From: Candidatus Avelusimicrobium sp. | GTDB lineage: Bacteria; Elusimicrobiota; Elusimicrobia; Elusimicrobiales; Elusimicrobiaceae | Assembly (NCBI RefSeq): GCF_050873505.1 | Contig: NZ_JBNMIY010000002.1 | Location: 138,930-202,929 of the forward strand | Reading direction: 5' to 3' | DNA: 64,000 bases | Shown: positions 26,538-34,943 of the stretch, piece after piece | How positions within the stretch are numbered: the stretch's first letter is position 1 | How the letters are laid out: the number at the start of each line of letters is the position of its first letter | Made by a program: the position numbers and the translations under genes | The notes under the pieces: model-generated | What the model was told of the DNA's origin: nothing | The model's input: only the letters and a program-made list of their open reading frames with translations | Databases searched by the model: none

Positions 26538-28145
26538 ATGAATAACAGACAGTTCTTAATTACCGTAATGCTGTTTTTACTGGTAATTACCGGCTACAAC
26601 CAGTTTGTCGCCCTCCCCAAAGCCCGCGCGGCTAAGGAAGCCGCCGAGGCGCAACTGAAAAAATCCGTACAGGAGGCCCAGCAAGCAAACGGTGCCCAAA
26701 CCGTGCTGGCGGCTCCTATTTCCGTATCCAAAGAAAAAAAATCCGCTCCCAAGCCCGAGGAATTAATCACGCTTAATTTGCCGCAGGCGGACGTTACGTT
26801 TTCGTCCAAAGGGGCGGGTATCAAAACCTATTTGTTTAAAGACGTCATCGGCGACGTGGACCTGACTCCATATAAAGGAGAAGGGTATTTCTCCACGATG
26901 CCGCAGGTGGACTTTGCCGAATTTGCCCGCACGCAGGATTCCATTACCTTTGTGGGCGACATTGTCCCCGGGTTTAGCGTCTATAAAACGTTCCGCTTTA
27001 ACGAAAACGGAATTAATAACGTTAATGTTACGTTTGAAAACAAAACCTCGCAAAATTTAGCCGTCGCCCCGTGGAGTTGGAACTTTGGCCCCGGTTTGGC
27101 TACGGTAAAAAGCGAGATGAACGACAACGAACGCGAATCCAAAGCCGTTTATTTGGTGCAAGAAGAAGGTAAGAAAAAGCCGACCTTGGAAACCTTCGCC
27201 AAAGGGGACAAACAGCCCACCTTGGCTTGGACGTGGGCCGGTATCCAAAACCGCTATTTCCTTTCCGTCTTAATTCCGCAGAACTGGAAAGGCGGCGATT
27301 TTACCGCCTCTTCCGAGAAAATCGGCACCCAAAAACGGATGTGGGGCTTAGCCGGAGAAGGCGATTTGAAGGGCCCGCAATTTTCTATTGCCGTAGCGGG
27401 AACCACGGTAGAAGCCAAATCCAAAGTAGAATATAATTCCGATTTTTACTTTGGCCCCAAGGATTACAAGGCGTTTTTGACCTTGCCCTACCATTTGGAC
27501 CGCTCCATTGCGTTCGGTTTCTTTGGCGCCTTGGGCAAAATCGCGCGCAACGTGCTGGAAACCTTCTACGGGTGGACGGGCAACTACGGTGTGGCTATTA
27601 TTATGCTTACCGTATTGTTGCAGGCCATTTTGTTCAAGTTTACAATTATGCAGTTAAAATCGGCCGCCCAAATGAAGAAGGTCCAGCCCGAAATGAAACG
27701 CATCCAGGAAAAATACAAGGGCAACCCCGAAGCCTTAAACCGCGAAACCTTGAACTTGTATAAAAAGTACAATGTCAATCCGCTCGCAGGCTGCTTGCCG
27801 CTTCTTATCCAGTTGCCGATTTTCTTGGCGCTGTTTAACGCGCTTCGCACCTCGTGGTCTTTGCACGGGGCAAAATTCGTGTTTTGGATTACGGACTTGT
27901 CGTCCAAAGACCCATACTACCTGTTGCCTATTTTGATGGGTGCCGTGATGTTCTTCCAGCAAAAGGGCAATATCCCCGCTGGGACGGACCCGTCCCAGGC
28001 GGCTATGTTCAAGTATATGCCGCTTATTTTTACCTTGCTGTTTATGAATTTCCCGTCCGGATTGGTGCTCTATTGGTTGACCAACAGCCTGCTCACTTAC
28101 GGGATTCAAACGCTTATTAACCGCAAAATTGCGAAAGCAAATTAA
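26538..28145 (+). CDS. yidC: Membrane protein insertase YidC (long periplasmic domain type)
   Basis: 535 aa. The C-terminal core PLAGCLPLLIQLPIFLALF...LYWLTNSLLTYGIQ matches YidC. The gene follows yidD in conserved order. Confidence 0.93.
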   Translation: MNNRQFLITVMLFLLVITGYNQFVALPKARAAKEAAEAQLKKSVQEAQQANGAQTVLAAPISVSKEKKSAPKPEELITLNLPQADVTFSSKGAGIKTYLFKDVIGDVDLTPYKGEGYFSTMPQVDFAEFARTQDSITFVGDIVPGFSVYKTFRFNENGINNVNVTFENKTSQNLAVAPWSWNFGPGLATVKSEMNDNERESKAVYLVQEEGKKKPTLETFAKGDKQPTLAWTWAGIQNRYFLSVLIPQNWKGGDFTASSEKIGTQKRMWGLAGEGDLKGPQFSIAVAGTTVEAKSKVEYNSDFYFGPKDYKAFLTLPYHLDRSIAFGFFGALGKIARNVLETFYGWTGNYGVAIIMLTVLLQAILFKFTIMQLKSAAQMKKVQPEMKRIQEKYKGNPEALNRETLNLYKKYNVNPLAGCLPLLIQLPIFLALFNALRTSWSLHGAKFVFWITDLSSKDPYYLLPILMGAVMFFQQKGNIPAGTDPSQAAMFKYMPLIFTLLFMNFPSGLVLYWLTNSLLTYGIQTLINRKIAKAN

Positions 28146-28157
28146 GGAGTCATTTTT

Positions 28158-29468
28158 ATGCCGAATAAAATTAAAGTACAAGCAAAAGACGTATCCGAGG
28201 CTATCGCCAAGGGTTTAAAAGAATTAGGATTAAGACGCGACCAAGTGGAAGTAACCGTGTTGGAAACGCCTAAAAAAGGTTTCTTGGGCATCGGTTCCCG
28301 CCCGGCGGTAGTGGAACTTCGCCAGAAACGCTGGTCCACCGCCAATTTGGATGCGCAAATTTATATGGACGTTCCGAAAAAACGCCCCTCCAAATCCCGC
28401 AACGGGCGCAACAACCGCAAGGAAGCCCACGGCAACCGCCGCAATAACCGCAGAAGCGAACGCGTGTTAGACGTGCGCGAACCGCGCGAAAAGGCTCCTA
28501 AGGCTAACGAGCCCCAAATGCTCCCCTGCGAGGCTATCCGCAACGCCGTCATCCCGGAAAATTTGAAAGCCCCTATGGCCGAAGCCAAGGAATACTTGGA
28601 GAAAGTGCTTACCCATATGGGTATTAAGGTGGAAAATTTGAACGTCTGGTGGGACGACAAACAACAGCGTATTTTGCTGACGTTTGACTGCGATCACCCG
28701 GCTATTGTTATTGGCAAAGAGGGCAAAACCTTGGAAGCCATCCAATACCTGTGCACCTTGGCGTTGAGCCGCCACTTTGACAAGCCGATTTCCGTCATTA
28801 CCGATACGCAAAACTATTGGAGAAAGGCCGAAGACAAAATCAATGCCGAAATTGAAAAAGGTATTGATATGATTAAACGCGGCAACAGTGTGTTCCGCTT
28901 CCGCCCGATGAGCGCGCAACTGCGCCGCTACATCCACCGCGCGGTAGAAGGAAACGAATTTGTAACCACCGCCAGCGAAGGCGAAGGTAAATGGCGCAAA
29001 GTAACCCTGCGCCCGACCGAGAAAGCGTTGGAAGCCGCCCGCGCCAACACCGCGCCTGCGGACTTTGTGCCCGGCGTAATCGGCGAGGACATCCCCGAAG
29101 AAGCCAAAACTGAAACGGTGCAGGAAGAAGTAGTTGTAACCGTGGAAAACGGTGCCGAAAAGGAAACCTGCGCGGTAGAAGCAGTGGAAGAATGCCCCTG
29201 CTGCCACCACGAGGAAGAAGCGCACGAAACCTGCTCCTGCTGTGAAGGCGAACACGATTCTTGCGCGTGTGAATCTTCTGCCAAGGCCGAAGAGCCCGCC
29301 CAAGCACAAGCCCCGGCGGAAGAAAATAAGCCCGAAGCGGCTCCGGCTGATCAAGCGGAAAAGCCTGCCACCGAAGAGAAAAAGGAATCCTGCGGCGGAT
29401 GCTGTGATTCTTGCAACTGCGGCCCGCTGTTTGAAACCCCGGCCGACAAACCCGCCGAAACCAAATAA
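28158..29468 (+). CDS. jag: Jag/KhpB-type RNA-binding protein (Jag_N, KH, R3H) with a basic insert and a long acidic Cys/His-rich C-terminal tail
   Basis: The N-terminus KVQAKDVSEAIAKGLKELGLRRDQVEVTVLETPKKGFLGIG is Jag_N-like. A KH-like VIGKEGKTLEAIQYL is followed by an R3H-like region. The position after yidC is conserved. Confidence 0.85.
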   Translation: MPNKIKVQAKDVSEAIAKGLKELGLRRDQVEVTVLETPKKGFLGIGSRPAVVELRQKRWSTANLDAQIYMDVPKKRPSKSRNGRNNRKEAHGNRRNNRRSERVLDVREPREKAPKANEPQMLPCEAIRNAVIPENLKAPMAEAKEYLEKVLTHMGIKVENLNVWWDDKQQRILLTFDCDHPAIVIGKEGKTLEAIQYLCTLALSRHFDKPISVITDTQNYWRKAEDKINAEIEKGIDMIKRGNSVFRFRPMSAQLRRYIHRAVEGNEFVTTASEGEGKWRKVTLRPTEKALEAARANTAPADFVPGVIGEDIPEEAKTETVQEEVVVTVENGAEKETCAVEAVEECPCCHHEEEAHETCSCCEGEHDSCACESSAKAEEPAQAQAPAEENKPEAAPADQAEKPATEEKKESCGGCCDSCNCGPLFETPADKPAETK

Positions 29469-29508
29469 CCAATCATTTGGTAATTTATAATAAATACTCC
29501 TCACAATA

Positions 29509-29543
29509 CCCCCTCCTAGGCTATACGGCCCGGGAGGGGTTTT
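29509..29543 (+). terminator. Intrinsic terminator after jag
   Basis: The stem CCCCTCC/GGAGGGG is followed by T4. Confidence 0.55.
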
Positions 29544-29648
29544 GGTATATAAGGCCCATAGCGTTTATAGGTCCAAAGACCCTTGTTCGGAGGGGGCGTA
29601 ATTTTGGAAAATAATATGAAGGATGATTTAAATGATTAAGGAGAAAAA

Positions 29649-30242
29649 ATGAATTTTAAGACTTTTTTTACTGCTGCTGTATTGTGTATTACGCTCTTTT
29701 CTGTAACGATGGAGTCTAAGGCTCAGACATTTTTGATTAATAAACCTGTTACTTGGCAAAACACGCTCCGCCGAATAAATATGCAAGACGGTTATTCCGT
29801 ATTGGGCGTAAAGGTTGGCAAAGCCATAGACCGTATTAGAATACATCACCAAGAACAAAAGGAATTGGACCGTTTTTTTGCGTCGTTACCCGTTAAAAAG
29901 GCTTCTGCCTGCAAAATGCAGTACACGCTGCTTAAAAGAGCCGTTGCGCAGAACCCGGTATTAGGTGAGTATCTACTGACGGCCCGTCCATTAAGAGATT
30001 TTTGTACTCTTTCCGCACAAGACCGTAATCAGATTATCAAAATGTTTCAAAATAAAATTACCGTCTCGTCCGCTACCCAATACCAAAATGCAATCTTGCT
30101 GAGGCTGGATGTTCCCGGGGCGAATTTGTGGTTTGTGATTCTGCCTAACAAAAAATTAATCAGTTACACTTTTAATGATCCGGCTGATTTTTACTTTTTA
30201 CCAGAATTGGCTGGACCTTCGCGCAACTTACCCTTACGATAA
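29649..30242 (+). CDS. Secreted hypothetical protein, paralog of 24071-24709
   Basis: SD AAGGAGAAAAAATG, and the signal peptide MNFKTFFTAAVLCITLFSVTMESKA. Confidence 0.7.
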   Translation: MNFKTFFTAAVLCITLFSVTMESKAQTFLINKPVTWQNTLRRINMQDGYSVLGVKVGKAIDRIRIHHQEQKELDRFFASLPVKKASACKMQYTLLKRAVAQNPVLGEYLLTARPLRDFCTLSAQDRNQIIKMFQNKITVSSATQYQNAILLRLDVPGANLWFVILPNKKLISYTFNDPADFYFLPELAGPSRNLPLR

Positions 30243-30256
30243 GAGAACTATTTGAT

Positions 30257-30296
30257 AAAAAAATACCCCCTCGGACAAACCGAAGGGGTATTTTTT
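30257..30296. terminator. Bidirectional hairpin terminator between convergent genes
   Basis: The hairpin TACCCCCTCGG/CCGAAGGGGTA has an A-run on one side and a T-run on the other. Confidence 0.6.
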
Positions 30297-30308
30297 AAGG
30301 ATTTTTTA

Positions 30309-30968
30309 TTATCCCAGCAACTCGTCCATATCCGGGTAAATGTCCGCCAGGGATTTGTAAATCTTAAAGGCGTTTTCGCGTACAAAGGTATTGGGGTGTT
30401 TGATTTGCGGCACCACGCAGGTACGCATCCCCGCCGAAATAGCCGCCGTCGCCCCGGCCACGGAATCCTCAAACACCAAACATTGCGATACGTCCGCGTG
30501 CAATTTGTGGGCCGTTTTTAAATACACTTCCGGGTCCGGCTTGGGCTTGGTTACGTCGTCGGTAGTAGTAATGGCGGAAAAGTATTTAATAATGCCCTTT
30601 TGGGTCAAAAAGTGGCGCGCCCATTTGCTAATGTTGGAGGAGGCAAGCCCTATTTTAAGCCCCCGGTTGTAAAAATATTCCACCGCTTCCTTGGCGCCGG
30701 GGCGGAAGTTAATTTCCCCGTCCTCCGCCAAATATTCCTCTACAATTTCCATCGTGCGGGAATTAATCCGCGCAATATCCGCCTGCGGGCCGAAATGCTG
30801 GCGCATAAAGCGGGCGGCTTCCTCGCGGCTGATGCCTACGCACGATTCAAACAGTTCAAACGGAAAGGTCTTTCCGTCCTCTTGGGCGGCCTTTTTATAA
30901 CACTCAAAATAGATAAGTTCGGTGTCAAACAACAACCCGTCCATATCAAAAATAACGGTGGTAATCAT
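30309..30968 (-). CDS. HAD-superfamily hydrolase (beta-phosphoglucomutase-like subfamily IA)
   Basis: Motif I is VIFDMDGLLFDTE, and the C-terminal motif is VFEDSVAG. Confidence 0.85.
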   Translation of the reverse strand: MITTVIFDMDGLLFDTELIYFECYKKAAQEDGKTFPFELFESCVGISREEAARFMRQHFGPQADIARINSRTMEIVEEYLAEDGEINFRPGAKEAVEYFYNRGLKIGLASSNISKWARHFLTQKGIIKYFSAITTTDDVTKPKPDPEVYLKTAHKLHADVSQCLVFEDSVAGATAAISAGMRTCVVPQIKHPNTFVRENAFKIYKSLADIYPDMDELLG

Positions 30969-31045
30969 ATTTTTATTATACCAGTTTTTGCCTTTTCCCC
31001 CGCACGGCTATATTTTATATAATGTATTTACATATGAAATACGGT

Positions 31046-31912
31046 ATGAATTTTCAGGATATGATATCCGCTTTGAACCATTACTGGACTAAACAAGGCT
31101 GCGTTCTTGTTCAGCCCTACGACGTGGAAAAAGGCGCCGGAACGTACAACCCGGAAACCTTTTTCGGCTCGCTTACCAAAAAGCCCGTCAAACGCGCCTA
31201 TGTGGAACCCTGCCGCCGCCCTGCCGACGGCCGCTATGGCGAAAACCCCAACCGCTTGGGCAAATATTACCAATACCAGGTAATTATGAAGCCCGCCCCG
31301 GCCAATGTGCAGGAAATGTATTTAAATTCCTTAAAAGCCATTGGTTTGGACCCCAAACAGCACGACGTGCGCTGGATTGAGGACGATTGGCAATCCCCCA
31401 CCTTGGGCGCTTCCGGCGTCGGCTGGGAAATTTGGCTGGACGGAATGGAAATTACGCAGTTTACCTACTTTCAAAATATGGCCGGCTATGCGTTAAACCC
31501 CATTACGGTAGAAATTACCTACGGGCTTGAACGTATTGCGATGTACTGCCAAAAGGTGGATAATGTATTTGATATCCGCTGGAACGATGAAATTACCTAC
31601 CGCGACGTGCACCACGAGGGCGAACGCCAATTCTCCCATTATTATTTTGAAGAATCCAATGTGGAACACCTGCGCCGCTATATCCAAGAGTGCGAAGAAG
31701 AGTGCTTTGCCTTGTGCAAAAAAGGGCTCTATCTGCCGGCGTATGACGACGCGATGAAACTTTCGCATTACTTTAATATGTTGGAAGCGCGCGGGGCGAT
31801 TTCCGTGTCCGACCGCACCAACAACATTACCAAAATCCGCAATTTAGCCAAGGCCTGCGCCAAAGCCTATGTGGAAAGTGTAGAAAAACAAGAAGAGGAG
31901 GCCGCTAAATGA
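31046..31912 (+). CDS. glyQ: Glycine--tRNA ligase alpha subunit
   Basis: The N-terminus MNFQDMISALNHYWTKQGCVLVQPYDVEKGAGT matches the GlyQ N-terminus as recalled from B. subtilis. The track ORF starts earlier, at 31022. Confidence 0.93.
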   Translation: MNFQDMISALNHYWTKQGCVLVQPYDVEKGAGTYNPETFFGSLTKKPVKRAYVEPCRRPADGRYGENPNRLGKYYQYQVIMKPAPANVQEMYLNSLKAIGLDPKQHDVRWIEDDWQSPTLGASGVGWEIWLDGMEITQFTYFQNMAGYALNPITVEITYGLERIAMYCQKVDNVFDIRWNDEITYRDVHHEGERQFSHYYFEESNVEHLRRYIQECEEECFALCKKGLYLPAYDDAMKLSHYFNMLEARGAISVSDRTNNITKIRNLAKACAKAYVESVEKQEEEAAK

Positions 31913-33987
31913 ACGCGCTTTTGGAAATCGGCGTAGAGCATTTGCCTGCCCGCTTTATGGCCCCGGCTTTAAAGCAATTAAAAACCTTAACCGCCCAGGT
32001 TTTGGACGAAAAAAGACTGACCTATAAATCCGTTGACTCCTTCGGCACTTACCGCCGTTTGGTGGTGGTCATTGAAGATTTGGCCGAAAAATCGTTAGAC
32101 GTACAAAAAGAAGTAAAGGGGCCGCCTGCCAAACTGTTAAAGGACGCAAACGGCAACTTTACCCCCCAAAGCGCGGGCTTTGCGCAGAAAAACGGCCTGC
32201 TGCCTGAAAAATTAACCGTAAAAGAAACCGAAAAGGGACCGTTTATTTATGCCATCGTTAAAATCAAAGGCGAAAAAACGGTCAAACTGTTGCCCGAAAT
32301 TTTCACCCGCATTGTAACCGGACTTGAATTTGCCAAAAATATGATTTGGGAAGAATCCGGCCTGCGCTACGGCCGCCCGATCCGCTCCCTTATCGGCCTG
32401 TATGGGCATAAGGTAATCAAATTTACCGTGGCGGGCGTTACGGCGGACCGCAACACCTATCCGCTGTCCTCTTTCGGCCGCAAACCGATTAAAGTGGAAC
32501 AAGCGGATAAAGCCTACTATGCTGATCTCCTGCGCGCCCAGCCGCAACCTATTTTGGTATTGCCGGAAGAGCGCAAGGAAGCCCTTATCAAAACCGTTAC
32601 CAACGAAGCCACCGTACGCGGTTATCACGCGGATTTGGACCCGGAACTCATTGAAGAAACCGTCTGGTGCACCGAACATCCGGTGGCCGTGGGCGGAGAC
32701 TTTGAACTTAAATTTTTAACCTTGCCCAAAGAACTGATTACTACCGTTCTTAAAAAGCAGATTAAAATGTTCCCCGTAACCAACGACAAGGGCGAATTGC
32801 AACCGTATTTTATCGCCGTGCGCGACGGTATTTCCGTCAACCAAAACGAAGTGCGCGACGGGTTTAAAAAAGTAATGTCCGCGCGCTTGTCCGATGCCGT
32901 ATTCTTCTTTGAAAACGACAAAAAGGCCGGCTTAAATACCTTTAAAGAAAAACTCAAAAATGTCCTGTTCCTGGAAGGCTTGGGCTCTATGTACGAAAAG
33001 TCCGCAAGAACCCAGCAACTGGCGGATTGGCTGTGCGACAAATTAGGCCAAACCCAGTTAAAAAACACCGTGGATTATGCGGCTTCTCACGCGTATGCGG
33101 ATTTAGCCAGCCACGTGGTGTATGAATTTCCGGAATTGCAGGGCTATATGGGCGGGCAATACGCCGCCTTGGAAGGCCGCAAGGACGCCGCCAAAGCGAT
33201 GGAAGAGTTTTACTTCCCGCTTACGTCCTCTTCCGCCTTGCCGTCCACCGAAGAAGGCAACATCGTTTCCCTCGCCGGGAAAATGGACACCTTGGTCGGA
33301 AACTTTTTAATCGGCCAAATCCCCACCGGGAGCGAAGACCCCTTCGCCTTGCGCCGCCAGGCCTTTGGCGCGGTGCGTATGCTTTTGGAAAAGGATATGC
33401 AAATTTCGCTCAAAGAATTGGTGGAAAAATCCGCTTCCTTATACCCCGCCGGAACCCCGGACAAGGGCTTAAAGGAATTGCCGAATTTCTTGTTCCAGCG
33501 TTTAGCCTTGGTGCTTGAACAGCGCGGGCATAATGCCGCTACGTTAAACGCCGTTTCCAACTGGTACGAACTCCCCCTCACGCAGGTGGAAGCCCTCGTC
33601 AGCGCATTGGAAACCGTCAAAACGGGCGAAGAATTTGCCGCCGTGCTGGAATCGGCCAAGCGTGTGTGCAACATCCTTAAAAAAGCCGGAAACGTAACCG
33701 AAGCGGTGGACGAAAAACTGTTTGAACTCCCCGCCGAAAAAGCGTTATACGACAAAATCCACGAAGTGGATTCCACCTTGGGCTGTGCGGTAAATACCGC
33801 CAAAACCAAGGACGGATATTTAAACGTGCTGAAAACCTATGGCGCGTTTAAAGAACCGTTGGAAAATTTCTTTAAGGATGTAATGGTAAACGCCGAAAAC
33901 CCCGCCGTGCGGCAAAACCGCTTGGCGCTTTTGGCCCGCGTGCGCCGCTACCTCACGCAGACGGTAGCCGACATTACGAGCCTGTAA
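31909..33987 (+). CDS. glyS: Glycine--tRNA ligase beta subunit
   Basis: 692 aa, with an ATGA overlap with glyQ. The N-terminus LLEIGVEHLPARF is typical of GlyS. Confidence 0.92.
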   Translation: MNALLEIGVEHLPARFMAPALKQLKTLTAQVLDEKRLTYKSVDSFGTYRRLVVVIEDLAEKSLDVQKEVKGPPAKLLKDANGNFTPQSAGFAQKNGLLPEKLTVKETEKGPFIYAIVKIKGEKTVKLLPEIFTRIVTGLEFAKNMIWEESGLRYGRPIRSLIGLYGHKVIKFTVAGVTADRNTYPLSSFGRKPIKVEQADKAYYADLLRAQPQPILVLPEERKEALIKTVTNEATVRGYHADLDPELIEETVWCTEHPVAVGGDFELKFLTLPKELITTVLKKQIKMFPVTNDKGELQPYFIAVRDGISVNQNEVRDGFKKVMSARLSDAVFFFENDKKAGLNTFKEKLKNVLFLEGLGSMYEKSARTQQLADWLCDKLGQTQLKNTVDYAASHAYADLASHVVYEFPELQGYMGGQYAALEGRKDAAKAMEEFYFPLTSSSALPSTEEGNIVSLAGKMDTLVGNFLIGQIPTGSEDPFALRRQAFGAVRMLLEKDMQISLKELVEKSASLYPAGTPDKGLKELPNFLFQRLALVLEQRGHNAATLNAVSNWYELPLTQVEALVSALETVKTGEEFAAVLESAKRVCNILKKAGNVTEAVDEKLFELPAEKALYDKIHEVDSTLGCAVNTAKTKDGYLNVLKTYGAFKEPLENFFKDVMVNAENPAVRQNRLALLARVRRYLTQTVADITSL

Positions 33988-34004
33988 ATTAGTTTTCTAA
34001 AAAG

Positions 34005-34039
34005 TCCGCGCCGGAGCAAAATCCGGTGCGGATTTTTTT
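34005..34039 (+). terminator. Intrinsic terminator after glyS
   Basis: An 11-bp stem TCCGCGCCGGA/TCCGGTGCGGA (one G-U pair) is followed by T7. Confidence 0.7.
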
Positions 34040-34088
34040 GTCTTTTTGAGTGGATTTCCGACGGGAAAAATAAGAAAAAAATCACCCC

Positions 34089-34116
34089 TTGACAAAACGC
34101 CCAATCCGCTTATACT
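34089..34116 (+). promoter_or_regulatory. Sigma70-like promoter TTGACA, 16-nt spacer, TATACT driving the orphan RNA
   Basis: A perfect -35 at 34089-34094 and a -10 at 34111-34116. No ORF lies downstream. Confidence 0.55.
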
Positions 34117-34122
34117 ATCCAT

Positions 34123-34565
34123 ACGGGAAGCAATTCCCACCAAGCCGGGAGCCGCAAAAAGCGGATGAGGCGCCGGTGTAGTAAAGGTACAGAAGCAATG
34201 GTGCCGTAGGCCGGAAGGAGTTGGGCCTGTGCGCTTGGAAAGGCTAGGACGGTTGGGTTACATAACTGTCCGGGTGCCTGGTAGGCACAGAGCAGGACGT
34301 ATCTGGCGACCAGTTGGGCAGTCCGTTAAGGGCGGTTTGATTGGGGTGTTATGGGACGGGGCTGTTGCGGTGGATGAAGCGGCGCGGTAGCAGTAGAGTA
34401 GTGTTTCCGTTGGTTGATGTACTTGCTTCGGCCCGCGGGAAAAGCGGAGCGGCGTAAGACCCGGCAGTTGGCGTGTAAAACGCGGAAAGCAGTGTAGTAA
34501 AGGAGTTGAAATGAACAGCAGTAATTAAACCCCTCGGTTTTAGGTAAACCGGGGGGCTCTTTTTT
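34123..34565 (+). ncRNA. Candidate ~440-nt structured non-coding RNA of unknown class
   Basis: The interval runs from a promoter to a terminator, and the track shows no ORF of 60 or more codons in any frame. It contains many short perfect hairpins, including GNRA and UUCG-type loops, and ends in an 11-bp hairpin plus T6 at 34530-34565. I find no hallmark of RNase P, tmRNA, SRP or 6S RNA. Confidence 0.55.
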
Positions 34566-34574
34566 GTGGTTAAA

Positions 34575-34931
34575 TTATTCTAACACGCTGGGTGGCGGAA
34601 GCGCGCTGCCCGCACTCCCGGACGGGGTAATATCCATTGTATTTTGGGGTTCCTCGGGCGTTTTGTTGGCCGGGTCCTCGGTTTCCTCGTCCTGTAAGGG
34701 CGTTAAAATCATTTCCTCGTAACTTTCATCCGGAAGCGGCGTTAAATTTTCCTCGGCAGGCGGAAGCGTTTGCTCCTCGTTTTGGGGTACTACTTTAACC
34801 GTCTTAGGCGCAGTTTTACGCACTTGGGGCTCCCCATTATACGCGTTGGACGGGTTCCACCAGGCAGGCGGATTACCCGCGCAGGCGGCCATAAAGAAAG
34901 AAATAAAAAAAGAGAATACAATCTTCTTCAT
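34575..34931 (-). CDS. Small putative lipoprotein, acidic and Pro-rich
   Basis: The N-terminus MKKIVFSFFISFFMAAC has a lipobox-like MAAC. The remainder is low complexity. Confidence 0.6.
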   Translation of the reverse strand: MKKIVFSFFISFFMAACAGNPPAWWNPSNAYNGEPQVRKTAPKTVKVVPQNEEQTLPPAEENLTPLPDESYEEMILTPLQDEETEDPANKTPEEPQNTMDITPSGSAGSALPPPSVLE

Positions 34932-34943
34932 AATCTTATTATA

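Noticed and set aside
28467-29504. The 345-aa antisense ORF opposite jag, plus 28873-29472 and 28928-29284.
   Set aside because: The + strand product has clear Jag_N, KH and R3H features and conserved gene order. The antisense translations are low complexity (R/F/G/L-rich), typical of shadow ORFs in GC-rich, codon-biased DNA.
31022-31045. The longer glyQ start at 31022 or 31034 given by the track ORF.
   Set aside because: A TATAAT (31018-31023) overlaps the first ATG. The product starting at 31046 (MNFQDMISALNHYW) matches the GlyQ N-terminus as I recall it from B. subtilis.
33210-33809. Long antisense ORFs inside glyS (33210-33809), the SpoIID gene (36578-37129), the metalloprotease paralog (46062-46796) and hsdR (19014-19574).
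   Set aside because: Each lies opposite a confidently identified gene, lacks start signals and has a skewed composition. I treat them as shadow ORFs.
34123-34565. Whether the orphan RNA is simply rnpB (RNase P RNA), tmRNA, SRP RNA or 6S RNA.
   Set aside because: I could not find GGAAAGUCC or ACAGAA-CCGGCUUA (RNase P). There is no GGGG...acceptor with a T-arm and ACCA end and no tag ORF (tmRNA). The AGCA/GGAA domain IV context of SRP RNA is absent. At ~440 nt the RNA is also too long for 6S. A P4-like pairing (GUCCGGG with CCCGGC) exists, so the rejection is provisional until a covariance-model scan is run.
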